A stretch of 64,000 nucleotides of DNA, taken from assembly GCA_011526585.1 (NCBI GenBank), contig WYBB01000082.1:21294-85293 (forward strand), read 5' to 3'. The DNA is from Deltaproteobacteria bacterium. GTDB taxonomy: Bacteria > Myxococcota_A > UBA9042 > PHBI01. Of this stretch, positions 1 through 8,786 are shown piece after piece; the first letter of the stretch is position 1, and each line of letters starts with the position of its first letter. A program made the position numbers and the translations under genes. Under the pieces are notes generated by a model. It saw only the letters and a list, made by a program, of their open reading frames with translations. It ran no database searches and was not told where the DNA came from.

Positions 1-384
1 GACTGGCTCTTCGTGCATCCGGGGCCGGCCGGCACGACCCTCGACGTGACCTGGAAGGACCTCGCGCGCACGCACGCCGGGCAGCCGACCTGGCTCTATC
101 TGCGCGTCGGCCAGACGCTCGAGGCGGTGCGCCACCCGGAGGGCAAGCCGGTGCTGGTGCAGGTCCTGATCGATGAGCGCGAGGTCGACGCGGTCGCGCT
201 CGATCCCCATCGCTTCTGGATGGAGCGGCGCGCGATCCGCCTGCCCGCGGGCGAGGGCGACGCACGCGTGACGATCAGGATCAGCACCGAGGATCCGGCC
301 TGGCGCGAGACGGTGCTCGAGGCCGACCTGCTCAGCGCGCTCCCGGCCTCCCTCGCCGCGTGGGCGACGGCGGTGATCGAGTAG
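1..384 (+). CDS. hypothetical protein, C-terminal part (start lies upstream of window)
   Basis: Frame 1 is open from base 1 (DWLFVHPG...) to TAG at 382-384. Residue composition is realistic compared with the Arg/Ala/Pro-rich shadow frames. No family recognised. Confidence 0.4.
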   Translation, partial: DWLFVHPGPAGTTLDVTWKDLARTHAGQPTWLYLRVGQTLEAVRHPEGKPVLVQVLIDEREVDAVALDPHRFWMERRAIRLPAGEGDARVTIRISTEDPAWRETVLEADLLSALPASLAAWATAVIE

Positions 385-2344
385 GCTCCGGCGCGCGCTC
401 GTAGACATAGAGGTAGGGCACGCCGTGGCGCGACAGGGTCCAGCTCGGGCCGGCGACGCCGAGCGCCTCGCGCGTGTCGAGGTCGATGTGCCAGAGCGCT
501 TGCAGCGGCTCGTTGAGCGCCAGATCGGCGCCCTGGGGGCCGGGGTGGTAGCGGATGTCGTGGCGGAGCCAGCCCTCGCGCTGGTACATCTCGTAGGTGC
601 CCCAGGTCGCGTCCTGCCAGTAGACGCGCGCGTCGCGGGGCGCGTTGGCGTTGAGCCAGTCGCAGGCGTAGCGCGCCTCGTGGCCCCAGAAGATGCGCAT
701 GAGGCGCTTGTCGGCCGCGCCCTGCAGACCGCCCGCGAGGAGGCTGTTGTAATAGTTGGTGCCGAGCCAGGCGTTCTCGATCGAGGCCTTGGCGGGGTGC
801 GCGACCGCCAGCGCGCAGAGCGCCGGGACGAGCAGGCGCGGCACACGCGCGGCGCGCGCCAGGCGCAGGAGCCCATAGGCGGCGATGAGCGCGAGGAACG
901 GCGCGCCGGTCATCCAGTGCTTGATGCCGCCGAAGATCGGCGTGTTCGGGAGCGCGATCACCAGGATCGGCACGAGGCCCGAGACGAGGAGGAAGACCGT
1001 GACGCGCTCGGTCTCGGAGACCTCGCGGCGCGGGCGCGACCAGAGCCCCTTGAACCAGGCCTTCCAGCCGGCCGGCGGCATCAGGAACACGCAGCCGACG
1101 ACGAAGAGCACGAGGAAGATCTCGGGGTAGGTCAGGAGCGTCTTCTCGAACGGGTAGCTCACCGGGAAGGGCGGGACCTGCAGCGGCTCGCCGAACCAGT
1201 ACTGCATGTAGTGTTCGTGGTGCAGATGGAATGAAAACCAGTCGCGCAGGGACTGCAGCGGGTCGTACCAGAGGCGCGGCCACAGCGAGAACAGCATCGT
1301 CAGACCGACGATCGGCATCAGCAAGAACGCCAGCGGCAGCGGCGGCAGCCCGACGCTCACGCCGCCTCGGCCAAAGCCGACCCAACGGAGATGGAGGTGC
1401 TCGCGCCCGGTCCAGAGCCAGAAGACGATGAGCGAAAACGGCACGAAGAAGGCATTGTGCTTGGTCAGGAGCGCGAGGCCCCAGGCGATGGCGGTGACGA
1501 GCGCCCAGCGCCGGTCGTCGAGCGCGCGCCAGAACGCGTAGGCGCAGAAGAGCTGCGCGGCGACGATCGGCATGTCGAAGCAGGCCATGAAGCCGTGGAA
1601 GAAGTGCTCGGGCACGAAGATGAAGAGGAGCGAGGCGGTCAGCGCGGCGAGCCAGCCGAAGAGGAGCTCGCCGAGGAGGAAGATCAGCATCGCGGCGAGC
1701 CCGCCCGAGAGGATGCCCGGAAGACGCATCGCCTCGGACTCACTCAGGAAATCGAGTGTGCGCACCTCGCGCGCCATGCACGGCGTGATCGGCAGGTCCC
1801 GCGGCGAGGCGTCGCGCGGCGGCGTGGCGTTGCAGGTCTCGACCAGCGCGCGCGCGGCCTCGGGCTCGAGGCCGGCTACGACGACCTCGGCGCGGTGGCC
1901 GTGGCGCTCGGTGACGCGGCCGGTCGCGAGCACACGGCTCGGCTCGGTCTGGGTCTCGCCCTGGCGCTGCGGGCGCAGGAGCATGACCTCGGCGCCGGCG
2001 GAAAAACCCGTCGCCGGCTGCACGCTCACGGCGAAGCGCAGGCCCTCGTCGCCGTCGCGCACGCCGCTGACGCGCCGGTCCTTCCTGGCGGAGAGGCGCC
2101 ACGACCAGCCGAAGAGGTCCTTCATGAGCGGCGGGTGCTCGAAGTTGCCGCTCCAGATCCGCATCGTCGGCTCACGCGAAAACGCCTGGTGACGTGCCTC
2201 GTCGCTCTCGGCCTCTTCGATGCCGACGAACCACTCCTGGTAGCCCTCGGCGTAGGCGAAGTAGAACGACTCGTCACGCGTGAAGCCGGCGTCCTGGTGG
2301 GCGAAGAGGATCGCCGAGACCAGCGCGAAGACGCCGAGCGCCAT
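332..2344 (-). CDS. polytopic membrane glycosyltransferase, GT39/ArnT-PMT-like (GT-C fold)
   Basis: Many hydrophobic helices and an early loop motif GFTRDESFYF typical of GT-C enzymes. Start moved to the internal ATG at 2344 (MALGVFALV...) because the 84-aa Arg/Pro-rich N-terminal extension of the ORF overlaps uvrA. Confidence 0.6.
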   Translation of the reverse strand: MALGVFALVSAILFAHQDAGFTRDESFYFAYAEGYQEWFVGIEEAESDEARHQAFSREPTMRIWSGNFEHPPLMKDLFGWSWRLSARKDRRVSGVRDGDEGLRFAVSVQPATGFSAGAEVMLLRPQRQGETQTEPSRVLATGRVTERHGHRAEVVVAGLEPEAARALVETCNATPPRDASPRDLPITPCMAREVRTLDFLSESEAMRLPGILSGGLAAMLIFLLGELLFGWLAALTASLLFIFVPEHFFHGFMACFDMPIVAAQLFCAYAFWRALDDRRWALVTAIAWGLALLTKHNAFFVPFSLIVFWLWTGREHLHLRWVGFGRGGVSVGLPPLPLAFLLMPIVGLTMLFSLWPRLWYDPLQSLRDWFSFHLHHEHYMQYWFGEPLQVPPFPVSYPFEKTLLTYPEIFLVLFVVGCVFLMPPAGWKAWFKGLWSRPRREVSETERVTVFLLVSGLVPILVIALPNTPIFGGIKHWMTGAPFLALIAAYGLLRLARAARVPRLLVPALCALAVAHPAKASIENAWLGTNYYNSLLAGGLQGAADKRLMRIFWGHEARYACDWLNANAPRDARVYWQDATWGTYEMYQREGWLRHDIRYHPGPQGADLALNEPLQALWHIDLDTREALGVAGPSWTLSRHGVPYLYVYERAPEPTRSPPSPTRRGRPGAR

Positions 2345-2412
2345 GAGGCGCACGCGGCCCCTGGACAGATCGTGCAGGCGCGTCGGCAGCGGGCGGGGCT
2401 CGCTCTTCGAGC

Positions 2413-5319
2413 TCAAGGGCGACCTCTCCGAGACGCTTTGGGAGACTTCGGCGGGGCGAGGCCGGCGAGGGCGACGAGCGCGCGGCCGGTGTGGCTCCCG
2501 GGATGCGCGGCGATCGCCTCGGGCGGGCCGGCGGCGACGAGGTGGCCTCCACCCTGCCCGCCTTCGGGTCCCAGATCGATCACCCAGTCGGCGCACTTGA
2601 TGAGATCGATCTGGTGCTCGATCACGACGACGGTGTGGCCCTGGTCGACGAGGCGCTCGAGGACGGCGATGAGGCGCTCGACGTCCTGGAAGTGCAGCCC
2701 GGTCGAGGGCTCGTCGAGGAGGTAGATCGTCTTCGAGGTCGCGACCCTGGCCAGCTCGCGCGCGATCTTCATGCGCTGCGCCTCGCCGCCCGAGAGCGTC
2801 GTCGCCGACTGCCCGAGGCGCACGTAGCCGAGGCCGACCGCCTCGAGCGTGTCGAGCACGCGCGCGATCCGCGGCAGCGAGGCGAAGACCTCGCGCGCCT
2901 CGCTCACCGGCAGGTCGAGCACCTGCGCGATGTCGAGCCCGCGATAGGTCACCGCCAGCGTCGCCTCGTCGAAGCGCTTGCCGCGGCAGACCTCGCAGGT
3001 GACCCAGACGTCGGGCAGGAAGTGCATCTCGACCCGGACGACGCCATCGCCCTGGCAGCTCTCGCAGCGCCCGCCCTTGACGTTGAAGCTGAAGCGCTTG
3101 GCCTGGAAGCCGCGCGTGCGCGCCTCCTGCGTGCCGGCGAAGAGCTGGCGGATCTCGTCGAAGATCTTGGTGTAGGTCGCCGGGTTCGAGCGCGGCGTCC
3201 GGCCGATCGGCTCCTGATCGATGACGATGACCTTGTCGAGCTGCGCGAGCCCGCGCAGCTCCCGGTGCGCGCCGGGCTTGACCGAGGCGCCGGAGAGCTC
3301 GCGCCTGAGCGCCGGCTCGAGGATGCCCGAGATCAGCGTCGACTTGCCGGCGCCCGAGACGCCGGTGACCAGGCTCAGGACACCGAGCGGAATACGGACA
3401 TCGATATCCTTCAGGTTGTTTTCACTGGCCCCGATGACATCGATCCACCCCGACGGCGGGCGCCTCTGGGACGGCACAGGAATACAGCGCCGGCCGTCGA
3501 GCCACGGCCCGGTGACCGAGGCCTCGCAGCCGGACAAGGCGGCGGGCGGCGCGACGGCGACCACGCGCCCGCCGGCCTCGCCCGCGCCGGGGCCCATGTC
3601 GACGACGAGATCGGCGGCACGGATCACCGCCTCGTCGTGCTCGACGACGAGCGTGGTGTTGCCGAGGTCGCGCAGACGCGCGAGCGCGGCGATGAGCTGC
3701 GCGGTGTCGCGCGGGTGAAGTCCGATCGACGGCTCGTCGAGCACGTAGACGATCCCGGTGAGCTCGCTGCCGATCTGCGAGGCGAGGCGGATGCGCTGGC
3801 TCTCACCGCCCGAGAGCGTCGCGGCGGAGCGATCGAGCGAGAGATAGCCGAGGCCGACCGAGACGAGGAAGCGTGTGCGCGCGCCGGCCTCGCGCAGCGC
3901 CTCGGCGGCGACGACGCGCGCGGCGCCCTGGAGCGCGAGGCCCTCGAACCAGTCGGCGAGCGTCGCCAGCGGGCGGGACGACAGGGCCGGCAGCGTCTCG
4001 CCGGCGAAGCGCACCGCGCGCGCCTCCTCGCGTAGCCGCGCGCCTTGGCAGAGGCGACATGGCGCGCTCGAGAGGTAGCCCTGGTAGAGCTCGCGCTGCG
4101 ACTCGGACTTCGTCTCGCGCAGGCGCCGTTCGATGACGCGCGCGATCCCCTCGAAGGGCACGTCGTAGTCGACCTTGCCGTGGGGGCGCCGCGTCGAGAA
4201 GCGGATCGGCTCGTCGCTGCCGTAGAAGAGGATCTGCTTGTGGCGCGCCGAGAGGGACTCGAAGGGCGCGTCCTTGGGGATCTCGAAGTGGCGGCAGACG
4301 GCGTCGACGACCTCGGCGGTGAGCGAGCCGCGCTCTCGTTCGCCCAGCACCTGGGCCCAGGGCGCGATGGCGCCCTCGTCGAGACTCAGGCCCGGATCGG
4401 GCACGAGCTTGTCGGGGTCGACCTCGATGGCGGTGCCGAGGCCCTTGCACTCGGGGCACATGCCGGCCGGGCTGTTGAACGAGAAGAGCTGCGGCGTGAG
4501 CTCGGGCAGCGGGCGGTCGCAGCGGTCGCAGCGGTGCTCGGTCGACAGGCGCAGCTCCTCGGGCAGCGGCTCGGGCCCGCCGGGCAGCGGCGCCAGCACG
4601 ACGACGCCGTCGCCCAGGGCGAGCGCGGTCTCGAGCGAGTCGATGAGGCGCTTGCCGAGGCCTTCCTTGACGATGATGCGGTCGACCACCAGCTCGATGA
4701 CGTGCTCGCGCCGCGGGTCGAGGCGCGGCGGCGACTCGAGCTCGACGAAGGCGCCGTCGATGCGTGCGCGCGCGAAGCCGTCGCGCTTGAGGCGCGCGAG
4801 CAGGTCGGCGAAGGCGCCCTTCTGACGGCGCACGAGCGGCGCGAGCAGCGCGAGGCGGGTGCCGGCGGGGTGGCCGAGGATCGCCTGCGCCATCTGGCCC
4901 GGGGTCTCGCGGCGGATGGCGACGCCGCAGCCGGGGCAGTGCATGGTGCCGGCGCGCGCGAAGAGCACGCGCAGGAAGTCGTGGATCTCGGTGACGGTGC
5001 CGACGGTCGAGCGCGGGTTGTGGCCCTGCGACCTCTGCTCGATGGCGATGGTGGGCGACAGGCCGTGCAGGCTCTCGACGGCGGGGCGCTTGAGCTGACC
5101 GAGGAACTGGCGGGCGTAGGTCGAGAGCGACTCGATGTAGCGGCGCTGGCCCTCGGCGAAGATCGTGTCGAAGGCGAGCGAGGACTTGCCCGAGCCGGAC
5201 GGGCCGGTGAAGACGATGAGACGATCGCGCGGCAGGTCGAGGTCGACCTTCTTCAGGTTGTGCTCGCTCGCGCCGCGGATGCGGATCGCCGGGTGGGCTC
5301 GGGCCTCGTCGAGGGACAT
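2413..5319 (-). CDS. uvrA: excinuclease ABC subunit A
   Basis: 968 aa. N-terminus IRIRGASEHNLKKVDLDLPRDRLIVFTGPSGSGKSSLAFDTIFAEGQRRYIESLS; second ABC module GVSGAGKST; zinc-finger Cys pairs. Confidence 0.97.
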   Translation of the reverse strand: MSLDEARAHPAIRIRGASEHNLKKVDLDLPRDRLIVFTGPSGSGKSSLAFDTIFAEGQRRYIESLSTYARQFLGQLKRPAVESLHGLSPTIAIEQRSQGHNPRSTVGTVTEIHDFLRVLFARAGTMHCPGCGVAIRRETPGQMAQAILGHPAGTRLALLAPLVRRQKGAFADLLARLKRDGFARARIDGAFVELESPPRLDPRREHVIELVVDRIIVKEGLGKRLIDSLETALALGDGVVVLAPLPGGPEPLPEELRLSTEHRCDRCDRPLPELTPQLFSFNSPAGMCPECKGLGTAIEVDPDKLVPDPGLSLDEGAIAPWAQVLGERERGSLTAEVVDAVCRHFEIPKDAPFESLSARHKQILFYGSDEPIRFSTRRPHGKVDYDVPFEGIARVIERRLRETKSESQRELYQGYLSSAPCRLCQGARLREEARAVRFAGETLPALSSRPLATLADWFEGLALQGAARVVAAEALREAGARTRFLVSVGLGYLSLDRSAATLSGGESQRIRLASQIGSELTGIVYVLDEPSIGLHPRDTAQLIAALARLRDLGNTTLVVEHDEAVIRAADLVVDMGPGAGEAGGRVVAVAPPAALSGCEASVTGPWLDGRRCIPVPSQRRPPSGWIDVIGASENNLKDIDVRIPLGVLSLVTGVSGAGKSTLISGILEPALRRELSGASVKPGAHRELRGLAQLDKVIVIDQEPIGRTPRSNPATYTKIFDEIRQLFAGTQEARTRGFQAKRFSFNVKGGRCESCQGDGVVRVEMHFLPDVWVTCEVCRGKRFDEATLAVTYRGLDIAQVLDLPVSEAREVFASLPRIARVLDTLEAVGLGYVRLGQSATTLSGGEAQRMKIARELARVATSKTIYLLDEPSTGLHFQDVERLIAVLERLVDQGHTVVVIEHQIDLIKCADWVIDLGPEGGQGGGHLVAAGPPEAIAAHPGSHTGRALVALAGLAPPKSPKASRRGRP

Positions 5320-5375
5320 CTCGGCCCGGCGATTAGCAGAGAAGGCGCGGCGAGGGAACGATTCTTCCTGCCGGG

Positions 5376-5403
5376 TTGCGGCCGATCGCGGCGCGTGTAA
5401 GAT
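5376..5403 (+). promoter_or_regulatory. candidate sigma-70-type promoter (TTGCGG-N16-TAAGAT) for the PP2C gene
   Basis: Hexamers read directly from the sequence, about 50 nt upstream of ATG 5454 in the uvrA/PP2C divergent spacer. Confidence 0.3.
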
Positions 5404-5453
5404 ATCGACCGTGCTCCGAGGGATTCGGGCGCAATCGACGAAGGGACAGGCCC

Positions 5454-6221
5454 ATGCGACTCCAGTACGCCGGTGCGACGCACGTCGGCATGAAGCGCGA
5501 CCACAACGAGGACAACCTCCTGCTCGTACCCGAGCACAACCTCTTCGTGGTGGCCGATGGGATGGGCGGGCACAGCTCGGGCGAGGTGGCGAGCAAGATC
5601 GCCGTCGACACGCTGAAGACCTTCTTCGACGACACCGCCAAGGACGACGACGTCACCTGGCCGTTCAAGCTCGACAAGAACCTGGGCTATGACGAGAACC
5701 GCCTGACCGCGGGGGTCAAGCTCGCCAACCGCAACATTTACGAGGCGGCGCAGGCCGACGCCCGCTACAAGGGCATGGGCACGACCTGCGTCGGCATGCT
5801 CTGGGTCGACGACAAGGCGATCGTCGGCCACGCCGGGGACTCGCGCTGCTACCGCATCCGCAGCGGCACGATCACCCCGATCACCGAAGATCACAGCCTG
5901 CTCAATGATTACAGGAAGATCCAGGCCCTCACCCCCGAGGAGGAGGCCGCCTTCCAGTACAAGAACATCATCGTGCGCGCGCTGGGCATGAAGGAAGCGG
6001 TCGCGGTCGACATCAACAACGTCACGCCCGAGCCGGGGGACATCCTGCTCCTGTGCTCGGACGGGCTCTCGGGCGAGGTCACCGACCCGCAGATCCTGGC
6101 GCTCGTGGAAAAGCACAAGGACAACCTCGAAGAGGCGGTACAGGTCCTCATCAAGGCCGCGTGCGACAACGGCGGCAAGGACAACGTCACCGTCGTCCTG
6201 GTGAAGTACCTCGGCAAGTAG
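5454..6221 (+). CDS. PP2C-family Ser/Thr protein phosphatase (Stp1-like)
   Basis: [21 protein letters not shown]...[16 protein letters not shown]...CSDGL...[10 protein letters not shown] motifs. Internal ATG chosen. Confidence 0.85.
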   Translation: MRLQYAGATHVGMKRDHNEDNLLLVPEHNLFVVADGMGGHSSGEVASKIAVDTLKTFFDDTAKDDDVTWPFKLDKNLGYDENRLTAGVKLANRNIYEAAQADARYKGMGTTCVGMLWVDDKAIVGHAGDSRCYRIRSGTITPITEDHSLLNDYRKIQALTPEEEAAFQYKNIIVRALGMKEAVAVDINNVTPEPGDILLLCSDGLSGEVTDPQILALVEKHKDNLEEAVQVLIKAACDNGGKDNVTVVLVKYLGK

Positions 6222-6271
6222 GGGCGGCCCTCGTGGCCGCCCGCGTTGGGCCCGCCCTCGTGGCCGCCCGC
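6222..6271. terminator. GC-rich hairpin pair between convergent genes (candidate bidirectional terminator)
   Basis: GGGCGGCC-ctcgt-GGCCGCCC hairpin. The 20-nt unit (c)cgccctcgtggccgcccgc is repeated 27 bp later. No clear U tract. Confidence 0.3.
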
Positions 6272-6282
6272 TGGCGTCGCGC

Positions 6283-6990
6283 TCACGCCGAGGCGCGCAC
6301 CCAATCGTAGCCGCGCACGTGCGCGTCGATGAGCGCCTCGGGCGTGCCGGTGTCGGCGAAGAAGTCGCTGGTCTCGACCAGCGTGACGGCGAGTGTCTCG
6401 AGGCAGGGCAGATAGCCCTGGCGCAGGATGCAGCTCGGGCCGGCGGGCAGGCGTGAAGGCAGCCCGGGATCGGCGAGGGTGAAGCCGCAGAAGGTGAGGC
6501 CGCGCGCGGGATCGCCGCGCTCGTCGAGCGCGACCAGGCGCTGCGAGCCGTCGGCGATGAGGCGACGCTCGGCGGCGTAGGTCGGCTCGCGCGTGACGAG
6601 CAGCGAGGGCGCGTGCGTGAGCGTCTGGGCGGGCGCGGCGAAGATCGCGTCGGCGTTGAGCACGTAGAACGGCTCGCCCGGCGTGAGCCAGGGACCGAGT
6701 CGCTTCACGGCGCCGCCCGTGCCGAGGAGCGCCTCCTCGCGCGAGACCTCGAAGGCGACCTGCGGGTTCTTCGCGGACAGATGCGCGACGCGCGCGGCGA
6801 CGTGGTCGGCGAGGTGGCAGGCGTTGACGGCGACGCGAGTGACGCCGGCGGCGACGAGCTTGGCGACGGCCCAGTCGAGGAGCGGGCGCCCATAGAAGGG
6901 AATGAGGGGCTTGGGCGTGTATTCGGTGACCGGGCGTAGGCGGCGACCCTCGCCGGCGGCGAGCACGATCGCCTGCGTGACGAGGCTCAT
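6283..6990 (-). CDS. sugar-1-phosphate nucleotidyltransferase, MurU-like
   Basis: N-terminal AIVLAAGEGRRLRPVTEYTPKPLIPFYGRPLLDW (NTP-transferase G-rich loop). ATGA overlap with the upstream kinase gene. Confidence 0.6.
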   Translation of the reverse strand: MSLVTQAIVLAAGEGRRLRPVTEYTPKPLIPFYGRPLLDWAVAKLVAAGVTRVAVNACHLADHVAARVAHLSAKNPQVAFEVSREEALLGTGGAVKRLGPWLTPGEPFYVLNADAIFAAPAQTLTHAPSLLVTREPTYAAERRLIADGSQRLVALDERGDPARGLTFCGFTLADPGLPSRLPAGPSCILRQGYLPCLETLAVTLVETSDFFADTGTPEALIDAHVRGYDWVRASA

Positions 6991-8063
6991 GTCGATGCCG
7001 CGGCGCGCGCCTCGGGCAGACGCGCGACGAGCAGATCGAGGAGCTCGGGGAAGCGACCCGAGGCGGATAGCGCGTGCACGACGTAGGCGATCGAGTCGGC
7101 GAAGTACGCGAGGAAGCCTGTCTTGCCGCGGCGGGCCAGCGTCTCGAAGCGCCCGGCGTCCTTGAGCTTTCGCTGGATGGTCTGGAGGTGGAAGCGGTCG
7201 GTGATGGGGCCGAGCGGGCGCCGGGTGATGAGCGCGAAGCGCGCGAGGTGGTGCTCGAGCTCGGTCGGCGTCAGCACGACGTAGGAGTCGCGGAGCAGCG
7301 CGACGAGATCGTAGACGTCGGGGGCGAAGAACGCGTCCTGGAAGTCGATGATGACGAGGCCGCGCGACGTGACCATGAGGTTCTGGCTCTGGAAGTCGCG
7401 GTGTGAGAGCAGGCGCGGTCCGGCGAGGAGCTCGTCGGCGAGCGTGGCGTAGACCTGCTCGATGAGGGCCCGCTCGGCGGGTGTGAGCGTGATACCCAGG
7501 CGCGCCTCGAGCGCCATGTCGGCGAACTCAGCGAGCTCGGCGAGGAGGTGTGGGCGATCGAAGGTGGGCACGCCGCCCGCGGGGAGGTGATCCGCGACGG
7601 CGCGCTGCCAGTCCGCCAGGAGCTGGATCGCCTCGCCGTAGAGCGCCTGGCGCGAGGCCGGTGAGACCGCCTGGAGCCGATCGAAGAAGCGCTCGTCGCC
7701 GAGGTCCTCGAGCAGCACGTAGCCGGTCTCCAGGTCGGCGACGTAGTACTCCGGCACCGGCAGCTCGAGCGCCTCGAGGAAGCGCGCCATCGCGAGCCAG
7801 GGCAGGTCGCTCGGCGCCACGGCAGCCGAAGGCGAGACGGCAGCCGAAGGCGATGAGCCACCGTGCTCGGTCGGCGCGAGCGGGTCCTCGGGCAGCGCCA
7901 TCGCGATGGCCGTCGCGCGCCCGTTGGGCAGCGGCACGGCCAGGCTCACGCGCCAGTAGGTGCGGGGCGAGGCCCCGCCGGGGAGGCGGGCGAGGTCGGC
8001 GGGCGCGAGGCCGCGCGCGCGGAGCCAGGTCGTCAGTCGCTCGGGGTCGTCGGTGCGCGTCAC
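6987..8063 (-). CDS. APH-fold phosphotransferase, AmgK-like sugar kinase
   Basis: Aminoglycoside-phosphotransferase-type motifs (LSHRDFQSQNLMV, VIIDFQDA). GTG start. Coupled to the nucleotidyltransferase gene. Confidence 0.55.
   Translation of the reverse strand: MTRTDDPERLTTWLRARGLAPADLARLPGGASPRTYWRVSLAVPLPNGRATAIAMALPEDPLAPTEHGGSSPSAAVSPSAAVAPSDLPWLAMARFLEALELPVPEYYVADLETGYVLLEDLGDERFFDRLQAVSPASRQALYGEAIQLLADWQRAVADHLPAGGVPTFDRPHLLAELAEFADMALEARLGITLTPAERALIEQVYATLADELLAGPRLLSHRDFQSQNLMVTSRGLVIIDFQDAFFAPDVYDLVALLRDSYVVLTPTELEHHLARFALITRRPLGPITDRFHLQTIQRKLKDAGRFETLARRGKTGFLAYFADSIAYVVHALSASGRFPELLDLLVARLPEARAAAST
7819..7854. repeat. 18-bp tandem duplication (17/18 identical) inside the kinase gene
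   Basis: acggcagccgaaggcgag / acggcagccgaaggcgat. Encodes the duplicated hexapeptide SPSAAV. Confidence 0.8.
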
Positions 8064-8154
8064 CCCCTGGACCTACCATCGAAGCGCGTCGCGCACACCC
8101 GATTCGCGAGCGGTCCCACGAGGCGCGGGGGTCGGCCGGCCGGCCTGAACGACC

Positions 8155-8183
8155 TTGCACTTTTGGGCGGCCTCGCCTAGTCT
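8155..8183 (+). promoter_or_regulatory. candidate sigma-70-type promoter (TTGCAC-N17-TAGTCT) upstream of nuoE
   Basis: Hexamers and 17-nt spacer read from the sequence, 58 nt upstream of ATG 8241. Confidence 0.3.
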
Positions 8184-8240
8184 CGCGGCCGGCCTCGGGG
8201 CAAGGCCAGCGAAGCTCTGGAATTCGTTGAGGTTCTGAGC

Positions 8241-8786
8241 ATGCAAGGCAGTGACATGCAGCAACGGAAGGACGCGAGCGCAACGTCCGCGCCGACCTTC
8301 GGCGCCAAGGCGCTCGAGGAGATCGCGCGGATCCGGCAGCGCTACCCGACGAACCAGGCGGCGCTCATCCCCGTCCTCTTCGTCGCCCAGCGCGAGTTCG
8401 GCGTCATCACGTCCGAAGTGATGGCGCTGGTGGCGGCGACGCTCGACCTGCCCGCGGGCAAGGTCGCCGCGACCGCGACCTTCTATACGATGTTCAACAA
8501 GGAGCCGGTCGGCCGCCACCACATCCAGGTGTGCAAGAACATCAGCTGCTACCTGCGCGGCAGCGACGAGGTCACCCGCGCCTTCGAGGACGAGCTCGAC
8601 ATCGACGTCGGCATGACCACCGACGACGACTGCTTCACCCTGAGCGAGGTCGAGTGCCTCGCCGCCTGCGGCCGCGCCCCGGTCGTGCAGGTCAACGAGA
8701 CCTACCACGAGTGGGTCACCCCGCTCGAGGCGCGCATGCTGGTCGACCGCCTGCGCGCCGCGGACAAGTCCGGAGGCAAGGCATGA
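8241..8786 (+). CDS. nuoE: NADH-quinone oxidoreductase subunit E
   Basis: Thioredoxin-like 2Fe-2S motifs VCKNISCYLRG and VECLAACGRAP. GAGG 8 nt upstream. Confidence 0.9.
   Translation: MQGSDMQQRKDASATSAPTFGAKALEEIARIRQRYPTNQAALIPVLFVAQREFGVITSEVMALVAATLDLPAGKVAATATFYTMFNKEPVGRHHIQVCKNISCYLRGSDEVTRAFEDELDIDVGMTTDDDCFTLSEVECLAACGRAPVVQVNETYHEWVTPLEARMLVDRLRAADKSGGKA

Noticed and set aside
5356-5367. GAACGATTCTTC upstream of uvrA, resembling a GAAC-N4-GTTC SOS (Cheo-type) box
   Set aside because: It has one mismatch in the right arm. This box type is characteristic of Gram-positive bacteria, and it fits the CTRHAMRYBYGTTCAGS motif reported for Myxococcus LexA poorly. It cannot be supported without a genome-wide motif model.
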